Below are positions 24,166 through 33,568 of a stretch of DNA of 64,000 bases, piece by piece. The stretch is from Verrucomicrobiota bacterium (GTDB lineage: Bacteria; Verrucomicrobiota; Verrucomicrobiia; Chthoniobacterales; UBA10450). The position numbers and the translations under genes were made by a program. Numbering within the stretch: position 1 is the stretch's first letter; each line of letters starts with the position of its first letter. Where the stretch lies: contig QHRO01000239.1 in NCBI GenBank assembly GCA_003220155.1, positions 22-64,021 of the forward strand, in the 5' to 3' direction. The notes under the pieces were generated by a model. It was not told the origin of the DNA and did no database searches. It saw only the letters and a program-made list of their open reading frames with translations.

Positions 24166-25587
24166 CTACTGCAACGCATCAAAAATCGGCTGGGGATAAA
24201 CGCCGAGTAAAAACGTTCCCGCGATCATCGCTATGATTGCGAAGCGAGTGAGCGGGCTAATGATAATTTTGTCGGCTGAAGATGGAGGCGCGTCCCAGTA
24301 AATCGCTCGCACCACTTTGAAGTAATAGTAGAAGCCGGCGCCGACCGTGATGACGGCGACGACAACGAGGCCGAAATGTTGAGCAGAAACGGCGGCGTCG
24401 AAGACAAGAAACTTGCCGAGAAAGCCGGCGGTGAAAGGCACACCTGCGAGCGAAGCCATGGCCACCAGCATGGCGAAGGCGAGAAATGGTGAACGCTGGG
24501 AAAGTCCGGCGAAGTTCTCCAATTGGTCACCTTCGCCCTGGCTAACGAGAACCAGGACGGCGAAACTCAGTAAGGTCATCAGTAAATAAGCCACGAGATA
24601 AAAGGCAACGGCGCGCCCGGAAAACGAGACTACCGCCACGAGTAGATAACCAGCGTGCGCAATGCTTGAATAGGCAAGTAGACGCTTGACGTTCGTTTGC
24701 GGCAGCGCCGCCAGGTTGCCGTAGATAAGAGTGAGGACGGCGATCGCAACGAGCAGAGTGCGCATTTGCGGCAGAATCAAAAATGGCTCGAGCACGCGCA
24801 GAAGAACGATAAACCCGGCGGCTTTCGAACCGACCGACAGGTACGCTGTCACCGGGGTAGGCGCGCCCTGGTAAACATCCGCTACCCAAATATGAAACGG
24901 GACGGCAGCGATTTTGAAGCCGAGTGCGACAATGACGAGGACACCGCCGAAAAGAGCGGCGTTGTGCTCAAGGCCGGGCCGCGAAAATACCGTCGTAATT
25001 TTTTGGAGATTCGTTTCGCCGGTTGCGCCAAAGATCCAGGTGATCCCGTAAACTAGAAAACCCGTCGCGAGCGCGCTGAGCACCAGATATTTCACGGCGG
25101 CTTCCAGCGAGGCCGGATTACGCCGAGTAAAACCAACCAGCACATAAAAGGAAATCGTAACCAACTCCAGAGAAACGAAAATCAGGACGAAATCAATGGC
25201 CGAAGCCATCCACATCAGGCCGGCGCAGGTGAAAAGTGGGATCGTGAAAAATTCGCCGAGACCGGCCTGCGGTGTCGCACCCTGAACGCCGATCGAGACC
25301 GAGGGTGCGAAATCGAGCATCATCACCAAAACGCCCGCGGTGGTGGCGAGGGCGATCCGTTTAAAGAAAAGCGAGAGCGCGTCGGCGGAGTAAAAGGTCC
25401 ACAGCGGAGCCGAGGCAGTGGACGACTGAGGCGCGACAAAGAATGTGGCGATGAAAATCACCGCCAGGCCGAACAAGGCGGCATAGCCGAGCACACGGCG
25501 GTCGAGTTGGGAAGCGAAAGATTCGACCAAGAGAATGATGGTGCCGAGGATAATTACCGCAACTTCGAGATAAGGCGCTGGAATCAT
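24166..25587 (-). CDS. nuoN: NADH-quinone oxidoreductase subunit N
   Basis: Polytopic antiporter-like subunit with LLAYSSIAHAGYLL. Last gene of the nuo run. Confidence 0.88.
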   Translation of the reverse strand: MIPAPYLEVAVIILGTIILLVESFASQLDRRVLGYAALFGLAVIFIATFFVAPQSSTASAPLWTFYSADALSLFFKRIALATTAGVLVMMLDFAPSVSIGVQGATPQAGLGEFFTIPLFTCAGLMWMASAIDFVLIFVSLELVTISFYVLVGFTRRNPASLEAAVKYLVLSALATGFLVYGITWIFGATGETNLQKITTVFSRPGLEHNAALFGGVLVIVALGFKIAAVPFHIWVADVYQGAPTPVTAYLSVGSKAAGFIVLLRVLEPFLILPQMRTLLVAIAVLTLIYGNLAALPQTNVKRLLAYSSIAHAGYLLVAVVSFSGRAVAFYLVAYLLMTLLSFAVLVLVSQGEGDQLENFAGLSQRSPFLAFAMLVAMASLAGVPFTAGFLGKFLVFDAAVSAQHFGLVVVAVITVGAGFYYYFKVVRAIYWDAPPSSADKIIISPLTRFAIIAMIAGTFLLGVYPQPIFDALQ

Positions 25588-27062
25588 TGGCTCGCGGTGA
25601 AGTAATTACGGAAGGCGGGCGCGATTCGTTGTACGGCAATTTGAGGGAAAAATCCGAACAGAATTGATGCTGCAACGAGTAACGCAATGGGAAAACGAAA
25701 CCCGGAACGAATATCGGCGACTACTACCTCAGGTTCCGGAGAGCTGCCGAAAAAGGCGCGGCGATAGGCGCGCAACATGTAAACCGCCGAAATTACCACG
25801 CCCCAAAGCGCGAGAAATGCCGCCCATTGAAAGATATGAAAATGTTGATAATTGAATCCGTTTCGAAAAGCACCGAAGACGACCATGATTTCGGCCGCGA
25901 AATTCGAGAACCCGGGCAGCCCGATGGCGGCGAACACGCCAAGACCGAAGGCGAACGCCGCCAGCGGCATTTGTTTTGCCAGGCCACCCATCGCATCAAA
26001 GTCGAGAGAGGGAACGCGTTTACGAATTTCGCCGGTAATAGCGAAAAGGAGAGCGATAGAGAGGCCGTGCGCGAACATCAAAATTGCCGCGCCGGTAGTG
26101 CCGAGGATATTCGCGCTGGCGATGCCGAGAAAAATGTAGCCCATGTGCATGACGCTGGAATAACCGAGCATCCAATCGAGCCGGCGTTGCGCGATCGTGA
26201 CCAGGCCAATGTAAATAATGTTCGCCAGCAGAAGGACCAAGAGCAATCCCGACCAGTGCCGTGCCCCATCAGGCAGGAGCGGCAAGGCAAGGCGGAGCAA
26301 TCCGTAGAGTCCAAATTTCTTCAAAACTCCCGCGTGCAACATCGCCGCTGGCGCCGGGGCAGAGGCATACGCTTCGGGCGCCCAGGTATGGAACGGAACT
26401 AACGAGATTAATGTTCCAAAGCCGATCAGCAGGACGAGGTAAATGGAGGATTGCATGGCCGGCGCAATCTGGCCGGCGGAAGCGGCGGCTTGCAAGACTC
26501 GAAGATCGAGGCTGCGTGCGCTCGAAGGCACTGCGCGATAGAGCATGATCAAGCCGACTAGCAGGATGACACTTCCGAGCGCAAGATAGATCGTCACCTT
26601 CCAGGCGGCGGCGCGCCGATTGCCCGTCCCCCAAATTCCAATGAGCAGGAAAGTGGGAATCAATGCCAGCTCATGAAAGGCGTAGAAGAAAAACAAGTTA
26701 AGCGAAGCGAAAGCGCCGATAGCGCCGCCGGCAATGAGGAGCAGGCAAGCATAGAACGCGTTCTCGTGATGCTCGATTTCACCGGTAAACCAGACCGCGG
26801 CGAGGAGGACGATCGCGCCGAGTAAGATCATGAGAAGACTAAGTCCGTCCACGCCAAGGGCGAAGTTGAGGCGCAGCTCAGTTGAAATTGGAATGGTGAA
26901 GACGAATTGAAAACCGGGTGCAATGGAATCGAAACCGAAAAACAGCAGCACGCTGGTCAATAAGGTGAGGGCGGACGCGGCGAGCGCAGTCGTGCGTGCG
27001 GGAAGACCGAGCATGATCAATACGGCCGCAACGATTGGCGCAAATGTGACGAGAAGGAGCAT
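25584..27062 (-). CDS. nuoM: NADH-quinone oxidoreductase subunit M
   Basis: MLGYSSVMHMGYIFLG. 4-nt overlap with nuoN. Confidence 0.88.
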   Translation of the reverse strand: MLLLVTFAPIVAAVLIMLGLPARTTALAASALTLLTSVLLFFGFDSIAPGFQFVFTIPISTELRLNFALGVDGLSLLMILLGAIVLLAAVWFTGEIEHHENAFYACLLLIAGGAIGAFASLNLFFFYAFHELALIPTFLLIGIWGTGNRRAAAWKVTIYLALGSVILLVGLIMLYRAVPSSARSLDLRVLQAAASAGQIAPAMQSSIYLVLLIGFGTLISLVPFHTWAPEAYASAPAPAAMLHAGVLKKFGLYGLLRLALPLLPDGARHWSGLLLVLLLANIIYIGLVTIAQRRLDWMLGYSSVMHMGYIFLGIASANILGTTGAAILMFAHGLSIALLFAITGEIRKRVPSLDFDAMGGLAKQMPLAAFAFGLGVFAAIGLPGFSNFAAEIMVVFGAFRNGFNYQHFHIFQWAAFLALWGVVISAVYMLRAYRRAFFGSSPEPEVVVADIRSGFRFPIALLVAASILFGFFPQIAVQRIAPAFRNYFTASQ

Positions 27063-28855
27063 TAGCGGAAGAGGGCGAAGTAAATGATCCAGACAATTCC
27101 AAGTCCGAAAATAAACGCGTAAGCTTGCAGATTTCCGACCTGCATCAGGCGGAGTAAGGCTCCCAAACTCCAGGTGGCACCACTAGTTCCTCGCACCGCG
27201 GTGGCATCGATAACCCAGCGATCGATGAAGGCAGAGATACGGGCAGGGAGTTCCTGCGTGGCGTTAATCAAAGCGCGATAAAATTCATCGAAGTAGAATT
27301 TTTTGCGCAATATTGCCAACGAGAACGGATCGGATTCACGGCCACGATAAAGAAAAATTGCACCGGTGGCGCCCAACAACATGGCGACGAGCGCAAGGCC
27401 GGGAACGAATTGGGCGGCATCCCGTTCATGAGGAACAGTGAGAAAATGGCGAGCGAAAAAGTTGAATCCCCCGATCAGCGCGAGCACTGCTAGAACCACG
27501 AGCGGAATGAGCATGCTGGTGGGCGCTTCACGGCTTGTCCTTGCAACGGACGAGCGTGGCTTGCCGAAGAAAACAACGACGAACAATCGCATCATGTAGA
27601 ACGCGGTCAGAAACGCGGTGAGGAGCGCGAGGGCAAAGATTGTGGGGTTCCGGTTGTAGGCGAGCGAGAGGATGGCGTCCTTACTAAAAAATCCCGCAAA
27701 TGGCGGGCAGCCGATAAGCGCAAGCATGCCAACACCGAAAGTGATAAAAGTGAGGAAGAGATTGCGACCTTGTCCGCCCATCTTCCAAATGTCCTGCTCA
27801 TGATGAAGTGCAACGAGAACGGAACCGGCGCCGAGAAAGAGCAGTGCTTTAAAGAAGGCGTGAGTAAACAAATGGAACATGGCAGCTTCGCCCGAGGCGA
27901 GACCGACCGCCATGATCATGTAGCCGAGCTGAGAAAGCGTCGAGTAAGCCAAAATGCGTTTGATGTCGTCCTGTTGCGTAGCGATGAGGGCAGCCATCAC
28001 TGCCGTGATTGTGCCAATCCATGCGATTACACCGAGTGCGTCCGGAGAAGCTTGAACGAGAAATCCCACCCGCACCAGCATGTAAACGCCGGCCGCGACC
28101 ATGGTCGCGGCATGGATGAGGGCCGAGATCGGCGTCGGACCTTCCATCGCGTCGGGCAGCCAGACGTGAAGCGGAAACTGCGCAGACTTTCCGACGGCGC
28201 CACAAAAGATCAGTAGCACACAAATCGTTAGAAACGTCGGGTTACTGGTGACACGCCAGAGTTGTGGAATGATGTCGTCGAAAACGACTGACCCAGTCGC
28301 GCCCCAAACCATCAGGATCCCAAGCATGAATCCGAAATCGCCAATTCGATTGGTAATAAACGCTTTTTTGGCGGCGGCGGCCGCGCTATCGCGCTCGAAC
28401 CAATGACCGATGAGCAAGTAGGAGCAAAGGCCGACCAATTCCCAAAAAATAAACATCATCACGAAATTATTCGCCAGCACAATGCCGAGCATTGAGAACA
28501 TGAAGAGCGAGAGCGAGGCGAAGTAGCGGGAGTTGCCCGGGTCATCGCGCATGTAGCCAAGCGAGTAGATGTGAATGAGAGCGCCTACTCCGCTAACGAG
28601 AACAAGCATCGTCTTGCTCAAGGAATCGAGGGTAAAGCCGATCGGCACTCGGAGGAACCCGTGGATTTCAATCCATGGGATTTCAGTAACGCTTATTTCC
28701 GGTTTCGCAAAAACGATACAGCTGCAAACGAAACTAATTAATACCGTGACGACGGAAATAAACGCACTCAAGCTGTGCGTCCGGCGAGTGACAAGGGCGA
28801 TGATCGCAGCGCCGGCCAGCGGCGCGAGCAAAACAAGCCACGGGATAACGCTCAT
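27062..28855 (-). CDS. nuoL: NADH-quinone oxidoreductase subunit L
   Basis: 597 aa. ILAYSTLSQLGYMIMAVG, WLPDAMEGPTPISALIHAATMV. Confidence 0.9.
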   Translation of the reverse strand: MSVIPWLVLLAPLAGAAIIALVTRRTHSLSAFISVVTVLISFVCSCIVFAKPEISVTEIPWIEIHGFLRVPIGFTLDSLSKTMLVLVSGVGALIHIYSLGYMRDDPGNSRYFASLSLFMFSMLGIVLANNFVMMFIFWELVGLCSYLLIGHWFERDSAAAAAKKAFITNRIGDFGFMLGILMVWGATGSVVFDDIIPQLWRVTSNPTFLTICVLLIFCGAVGKSAQFPLHVWLPDAMEGPTPISALIHAATMVAAGVYMLVRVGFLVQASPDALGVIAWIGTITAVMAALIATQQDDIKRILAYSTLSQLGYMIMAVGLASGEAAMFHLFTHAFFKALLFLGAGSVLVALHHEQDIWKMGGQGRNLFLTFITFGVGMLALIGCPPFAGFFSKDAILSLAYNRNPTIFALALLTAFLTAFYMMRLFVVVFFGKPRSSVARTSREAPTSMLIPLVVLAVLALIGGFNFFARHFLTVPHERDAAQFVPGLALVAMLLGATGAIFLYRGRESDPFSLAILRKKFYFDEFYRALINATQELPARISAFIDRWVIDATAVRGTSGATWSLGALLRLMQVGNLQAYAFIFGLGIVWIIYFALFR

Positions 28856-28993
28856 AAGAATTTTGGCCCACTAAACACGCGACAAGACACTAAATTGTCA
28901 GAGGTAAACATCGCGCCGACAATGGCATAGCTTTCATCCTTCCAAATCAATTGCGCCTTTTCAGCTGTTCGTGTCATTCGTGTATTTCGTGGG

Positions 28994-29314
28994 CTAAAAT
29001 TTCAAACTATTAATGTCCTCGACATGAGTGGTGCGGCGGGCGCGATAGAGCGCGACAATAATGGCGAGGCCGACTGCGACTTCGGCGGCAGCAACGGTGA
29101 TGATGAAGAAGACGAGCACCTGCGCGTTGTAATTGGGCAAGCCATCGTCGCCGAGACGAAAACGCGAAAAGGCGACAAGAGAAAGATTGGCCGCGTTCAA
29201 CATCAGCTCGAGCGCCATGAAAATGATGATGACATTGCGCCGCAACAGGACGCCGCTGAAACCGATGGCGAACAATATTCCGCTGACGGTCAGGTAATCG
29301 CCGAGAGTAGTCAT
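28994..29314 (-). CDS. nuoK: NADH-quinone oxidoreductase subunit K
   Basis: 106 aa, three TM helices, [16 protein letters not shown]. Confidence 0.88.
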   Translation of the reverse strand: MTTLGDYLTVSGILFAIGFSGVLLRRNVIIIFMALELMLNAANLSLVAFSRFRLGDDGLPNYNAQVLVFFIITVAAAEVAVGLAIIVALYRARRTTHVEDINSLKF

Positions 29315-29814
29315 CGCAATCGGCGTTTGCTCAAAACGATGACGCCGATGGTCGCGACAAGAATCAGCACCGCAATTACCTGGAAAGGCAGGTTGTAGTT
29401 TCCAAACAGCACTAACCCAACGTTGCGAACATCATCAACGTGCTCGGAAGCGAGCGGCGGAAAGGCTTGTTTAGCCATTCGCGTGCTGCCAATGACGGCA
29501 AGAATTTGCACCAGCAAAGAGAACGCGACCAGAAACCCGCCCACAAAAGCAACCCAATTCATCTTGCGACGTTCTTCGGCGCGGAGATCGAGCAGCATGA
29601 TGATGAACAGAAACAGCACCATCACTGCGCCGGCGTAGACCAGCACCTGGATGATTCCGATAAAAAATGCGTCTAGAGACATAAACAAGGCAGAAAGCCC
29701 AAGAAAACAAATGACCAGGCTGAGCGCGCTCGCGATGGGGTTGCGGTTAATGACGACGAGCGCGCCGAAGACCAGCATCACGATGGCGAAGAGCCAGAAG
29801 AGGAAGGAGGGCAT
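29311..29814 (-). CDS. nuoJ: NADH-quinone oxidoreductase subunit J
   Basis: Subunit-J-like TM pattern. The start was moved to M16 (29814) because codons 1-15 of the 29859 ORF lie in the 29831-29913 inverted repeat. Confidence 0.8.
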   Translation of the reverse strand: MPSFLFWLFAIVMLVFGALVVINRNPIASALSLVICFLGLSALFMSLDAFFIGIIQVLVYAGAVMVLFLFIIMLLDLRAEERRKMNWVAFVGGFLVAFSLLVQILAVIGSTRMAKQAFPPLASEHVDDVRNVGLVLFGNYNLPFQVIAVLILVATIGVIVLSKRRLR

Positions 29815-29830
29815 CAAGTTAAGTGGAGTG

Positions 29831-29913
29831 CTGGAGTAATGGAGTAGTAAGCGAAACAAAACGCGCCCGCGATCTTTCCACTACGCCAACACGCCATTAC
29901 TCCATTACTCCAG
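29831..29913. repeat. Inverted repeat between nuoI and nuoJ
   Basis: CTGGAGTAATGGAGTA (29831-29846) is perfectly complementary to TACTCCATTACTCCAG (29898-29913). Confidence 0.85.
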
Positions 29914-29920
29914 TGTTTGG

Positions 29921-30451
29921 TTACTTCTTTTCATTCCACTTCAGAACGACACCATGAATAACGCCACCGATCTCGAGCAGCTTCTCCTTGTTGTGCACCA
30001 TTTCCGCACGAGTGAGTCCGGTAATAGCATAATCTTTACGCAAAAAGATTGCTTGCTCGGGGCAAACTTCCTCACACATCCCGCAGAAAATGCAGCGAAT
30101 CATGTCAATATCGAACTCACGCGGATACTTTTCGACCTTGCTGAAGCGATCTTTGGCCGGAATTTCGCCCGGCTCGATTTTGATGGCGCGCGGCGGACAG
30201 ATGAATTCGCAGAGCTGACAGGCGACGCAGCGGATGCGCCCCGCCTCGTCTTTCACCAAGGCCGGTGCGCCGCGGTAATGTTCCGGCAGTTGCGCGTCCC
30301 ATTTTTGCTCCGGATACTGCATGGTCACCCTGGTGCGGCCAAGGAGCATATCTTTCAAATGCCGGAGGGTGATCGCCATCCCTGCCGCGATCGCCGGCAA
30401 ATACAATCGCTCGGACCAAGTGAGTTTCGGTCGTGGAACGGTGATAGCCAT
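29921..30451 (-). CDS. nuoI: NADH-quinone oxidoreductase subunit I
   Basis: Two 4Fe-4S motifs, CVACQLCEFICP and CIFCGMCEEVCP. Confidence 0.9.
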   Translation of the reverse strand: MAITVPRPKLTWSERLYLPAIAAGMAITLRHLKDMLLGRTRVTMQYPEQKWDAQLPEHYRGAPALVKDEAGRIRCVACQLCEFICPPRAIKIEPGEIPAKDRFSKVEKYPREFDIDMIRCIFCGMCEEVCPEQAIFLRKDYAITGLTRAEMVHNKEKLLEIGGVIHGVVLKWNEKK

Positions 30452-30502
30452 ATCAACTCCTACTCCTGCTCGTAATCACATTCATGCTCGATCGAAAGAA
30501 GG

Positions 30503-31573
30503 TTATCGGTCAACAAACCCAATAATGGCGGCGGCCAAGAAAATGTTCACGAGTGCGATCTCGAAGAAGAAAACCCAGCCCAGCCGCATCAACTGATCGT
30601 AGCGGAAACGCGGCAGAGTGAAGCGGATCCACATAAAAACAAAAAGAAGCGCCGCAATTTTGGCGAAGAACACGAAGATGTTAATGAGACCAAAAATCCA
30701 CCCGCGGGAACCGTCTGGGACGCCGGGAAAATGCCAGCCCCCAAGGAAAAGAGTAACGATAATGGCGGAGCCAGTGATCATGGCAGCGTACTCCCCAAGG
30801 AAAAAGAGAGCAAACTTCATCGAGCTGTATTCGGTGTGATAGCCTCCGACCAATTCCGTTTCCGCTTCCGGCAGGTCGAAGGGCAGCCGGTTTGTTTCCG
30901 CGAATACAGCGATGGCAAAGACCCCGAACGATATCCACATCGGAACAGCCAGCAGCCAACCGACCGGATTTTTCCAGTTCCCGGCAAATGGCAATATCAT
31001 CCAGCCATGATCGATCTGATATTGCACAACTTCCGTTAGCCGGAGGTTGCCGATGAGGAGAAAGATTGGTACCACGGCGAGACCTAACGAGAGCTCGTAC
31101 GAGATCATTTGCGAGCTTGAGCGCACCGCGCCGAGGAAGGGATATTTTGAATTCGAGGCCCAACCGGCGATGACGATTCCGTAAACACCGAGCGAGGCGA
31201 TTGCAAAAACGAAAAGCACGCCAACGTTGATGTCCGCGATCACCATTGGCACGCCGAAGAGGGTGCTGCCAAATGGCACCACTGCGATGGTAGTGATAGC
31301 CGGCACCATCGCGAGACAAGGCGCGAGCCAGTAATAAAGCTTGTTCACGTGCGCGGGCGTGAAATCTTCCTTGAGCAAAAATTTCATCGCATCAGCGATC
31401 GGTTGAAATAAGCCGGCCGGCCCGACCCGATTCGGTCCGAGGCGATCTTGAATCAACGCGCTGACTTTTCGCTCGGCGTAAACCGCGTAGGAAACCATCG
31501 GCAGAATAACGAGAAAAACGATGCCAACGATTTTCAGCAGTGTGATGAGAATGAAGGATACGGTCGGGTTCAT
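30503..31573 (-). CDS. nuoH: NADH-quinone oxidoreductase subunit H
   Basis: AERKVSALIQDRLGPNRVGPAGLFQPIADAMKF and NRLPFDLPEAETELVGGYHTEYS. Confidence 0.9.
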   Translation of the reverse strand: MNPTVSFILITLLKIVGIVFLVILPMVSYAVYAERKVSALIQDRLGPNRVGPAGLFQPIADAMKFLLKEDFTPAHVNKLYYWLAPCLAMVPAITTIAVVPFGSTLFGVPMVIADINVGVLFVFAIASLGVYGIVIAGWASNSKYPFLGAVRSSSQMISYELSLGLAVVPIFLLIGNLRLTEVVQYQIDHGWMILPFAGNWKNPVGWLLAVPMWISFGVFAIAVFAETNRLPFDLPEAETELVGGYHTEYSSMKFALFFLGEYAAMITGSAIIVTLFLGGWHFPGVPDGSRGWIFGLINIFVFFAKIAALLFVFMWIRFTLPRFRYDQLMRLGWVFFFEIALVNIFLAAAIIGFVDR

Positions 31574-31581
31574 TCGTCCGT

Positions 31582-31665
31582 GTCATCCCGAGCGAAGCCG
31601 AAGGATCCCGCAGAAGTTACCTTAAAGCTTTCGCAACGGGATCTCTCGACTGCGCTTGGGATGAC
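31582..31665. repeat. MITE-like inverted-repeat element between nuoH and nuoG
   Basis: GTCATCCCGAGCGAAGCCGAAGGATCCC ... GGGATCTCTCGACTGCGCTTGGGATGAC. Confidence 0.8.
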
Positions 31666-31670
31666 CGTAT

Positions 31671-33395
31671 TCATTTTGATGCGTGCAGCGGCGGGCGCTC
31701 AAAAATCTCTTCGTCGGTCGGCTCGCCGGGAGGCAATGGAGTGTTCGTGTTCTCAGGCGTGGCCATTATCTTCACGCCTAGATCGCCAATTTTGCTCAAG
31801 CTCAACCCTGCCAATGGCGGAATCGATTCCGCCATTTGCCGAAACACATCTTCGATCGAGCCAAGACCATTGCTGCCGGTAAGCTCCTGAAGGAGATCGC
31901 GCAAGATCTCCCAATCCTCGCGCGCTTGCCCGGGGGGCCGCACGGCCCGATTCAATCGTTGCAAACGGCCGCGACCATTGATCATCGAGCCGCGTTTTTC
32001 GGCGTAAGCGGCGGAAGGCAGGACCGAAGTGGCGTGGGCGGTGGCCGTATTGCGCAAAATATTCATGGTGATGAAAGAGGGCAGCCTCTTCAGTTGCTCG
32101 ATCGTAATTCCAAATTGAGTCGGGTCTTCACCGAGGACGACGAGCGCTTTAGTACGACCTTCCGCCACACTCGCGGCGATCGCCGTTAGGTTCGTCCCCG
32201 TTTTGCCTTCCAAACCGAGAATAATTTTCGCGCCGTTCGTATTCGGATTGCGATCCTGGCTCAGCAGAATGTCGTCCCCCTCTCCTTTTCTGGGAATGAT
32301 ATCGATGAGTGAGACGTTCAACTGCTGGGCAAGACGCGCGGTCAGCCAGAGCTCTTCATTTGTCATCCGGCCCGAGGCGACGATGGCGATGTCCCATCCG
32401 GTGAAATGGCGCAGTTGCCAAGCAGTATGGGAGATGACCGTTTTCCAATCGGAAGGTTGTAATTTGTTGCCTGAAAAAACTTCCGGCTCGAGCAGCCGTT
32501 CAGGGCTCGTTAGGTATTCGAAGTTGAGCCGGCCGTAATCACACATCCAGACGGAATTAACGGCGACGTTTTCGCGTGGTGTCTGGCGGTAGACCACATC
32601 TTCGCGCGAGCCAACGAGCGTATTGCAACCGGTCGCGCAACTCGTGCAAATACTTTTGGTTTCCTTCAAAAACCAGACGCGCATTTCGAATCGAAAGTGT
32701 GAAGAGGTAAGCGCGCCTACCGGGCAAATATCGACGGTATTAAGCGAGTAATTATTTTCGAGTGGCTTGTCGGGATGCGCCGTCAGAATAGTGTGGCCGC
32801 CCCGTTCGGTGAAGCCAAGCACATCGTCCTTTGCGATTTCCTGGCAAAATCGAATGCAGCGCGAGCAAAGGATACAGCGCTCGTCGTCGAGCGTGACCCG
32901 CGGACCAATCTGGACCCTTTTCGGTTTCTTGACCTTGTTCTCGAGAAAGCGTGAGTCCGCGCGCCCATAATCGACACTGAATTCCTGAAGGCGACACTCG
33001 CCCGCCTGATCGCAAATGGGGCAATCGAGCGGATGATTGATGAGCAAGAATTCCATGACGCCACGGCGACATTCCTCGACCACCGGCGAACTCGTGCGCA
33101 CGCCAATGCCTTCGGCCACATCCTGTGCGCAGCAAATTTGCGGGCGCGGCATCCAGTTGATCACTGGCTTGCCATCCGCGCCCAGCTCAAACTTCCGGTC
33201 CGGGCCCATCCGTGGCAGGCCCATTTCGATCAGGCACATCCGGCAATTTCCGGGCGAGCTTAGTTTAGGATGGTAACAGTAACGCGGAATATAAACACCG
33301 ACTTGCGCGCACGCTTCAATCACGCGCGTGCCTTTCGGAAATTGATGCCAGACGCCATCGATCTGGACGTTAACTAATGGAAGGTTCTCAGCCAT
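31671..33395 (-). CDS. nuoG: NADH-quinone oxidoreductase subunit G (short form)
   Basis: CYHPKLSSPGNCRMCLIEMG, HPLDCPICDQAGEC, CILCSRCIRFC. The start was set at MAENLPLVNV. Confidence 0.88.
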   Translation of the reverse strand: MAENLPLVNVQIDGVWHQFPKGTRVIEACAQVGVYIPRYCYHPKLSSPGNCRMCLIEMGLPRMGPDRKFELGADGKPVINWMPRPQICCAQDVAEGIGVRTSSPVVEECRRGVMEFLLINHPLDCPICDQAGECRLQEFSVDYGRADSRFLENKVKKPKRVQIGPRVTLDDERCILCSRCIRFCQEIAKDDVLGFTERGGHTILTAHPDKPLENNYSLNTVDICPVGALTSSHFRFEMRVWFLKETKSICTSCATGCNTLVGSREDVVYRQTPRENVAVNSVWMCDYGRLNFEYLTSPERLLEPEVFSGNKLQPSDWKTVISHTAWQLRHFTGWDIAIVASGRMTNEELWLTARLAQQLNVSLIDIIPRKGEGDDILLSQDRNPNTNGAKIILGLEGKTGTNLTAIAASVAEGRTKALVVLGEDPTQFGITIEQLKRLPSFITMNILRNTATAHATSVLPSAAYAEKRGSMINGRGRLQRLNRAVRPPGQAREDWEILRDLLQELTGSNGLGSIEDVFRQMAESIPPLAGLSLSKIGDLGVKIMATPENTNTPLPPGEPTDEEIFERPPLHASK

Positions 33396-33439
33396 TTCCT
33401 CTGCTTCTACGAAATCCCTCACCTGGCGCTTCGCGTCCT

Positions 33440-33458
33440 CCTCTCCCCACGGGAGAGG
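33440..33458. repeat. 8-bp/3-nt-loop hairpin, CCTCTCCC family
   Basis: CCTCTCCC CAC GGGAGAGG followed by ATTGAGGTGAGGG. Related to 38326-38352. Confidence 0.7.
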
Positions 33459-33568
33459 ATTGAGGTGAGGGCAAGTGGTGCTTTATCAGGCTCATGCTCC
33501 TCATCGAAAAGGATCGAGCATGAGTACGAGCAGGAGCGTGAGCATGAGCATGAGGAAAAGAATCCATA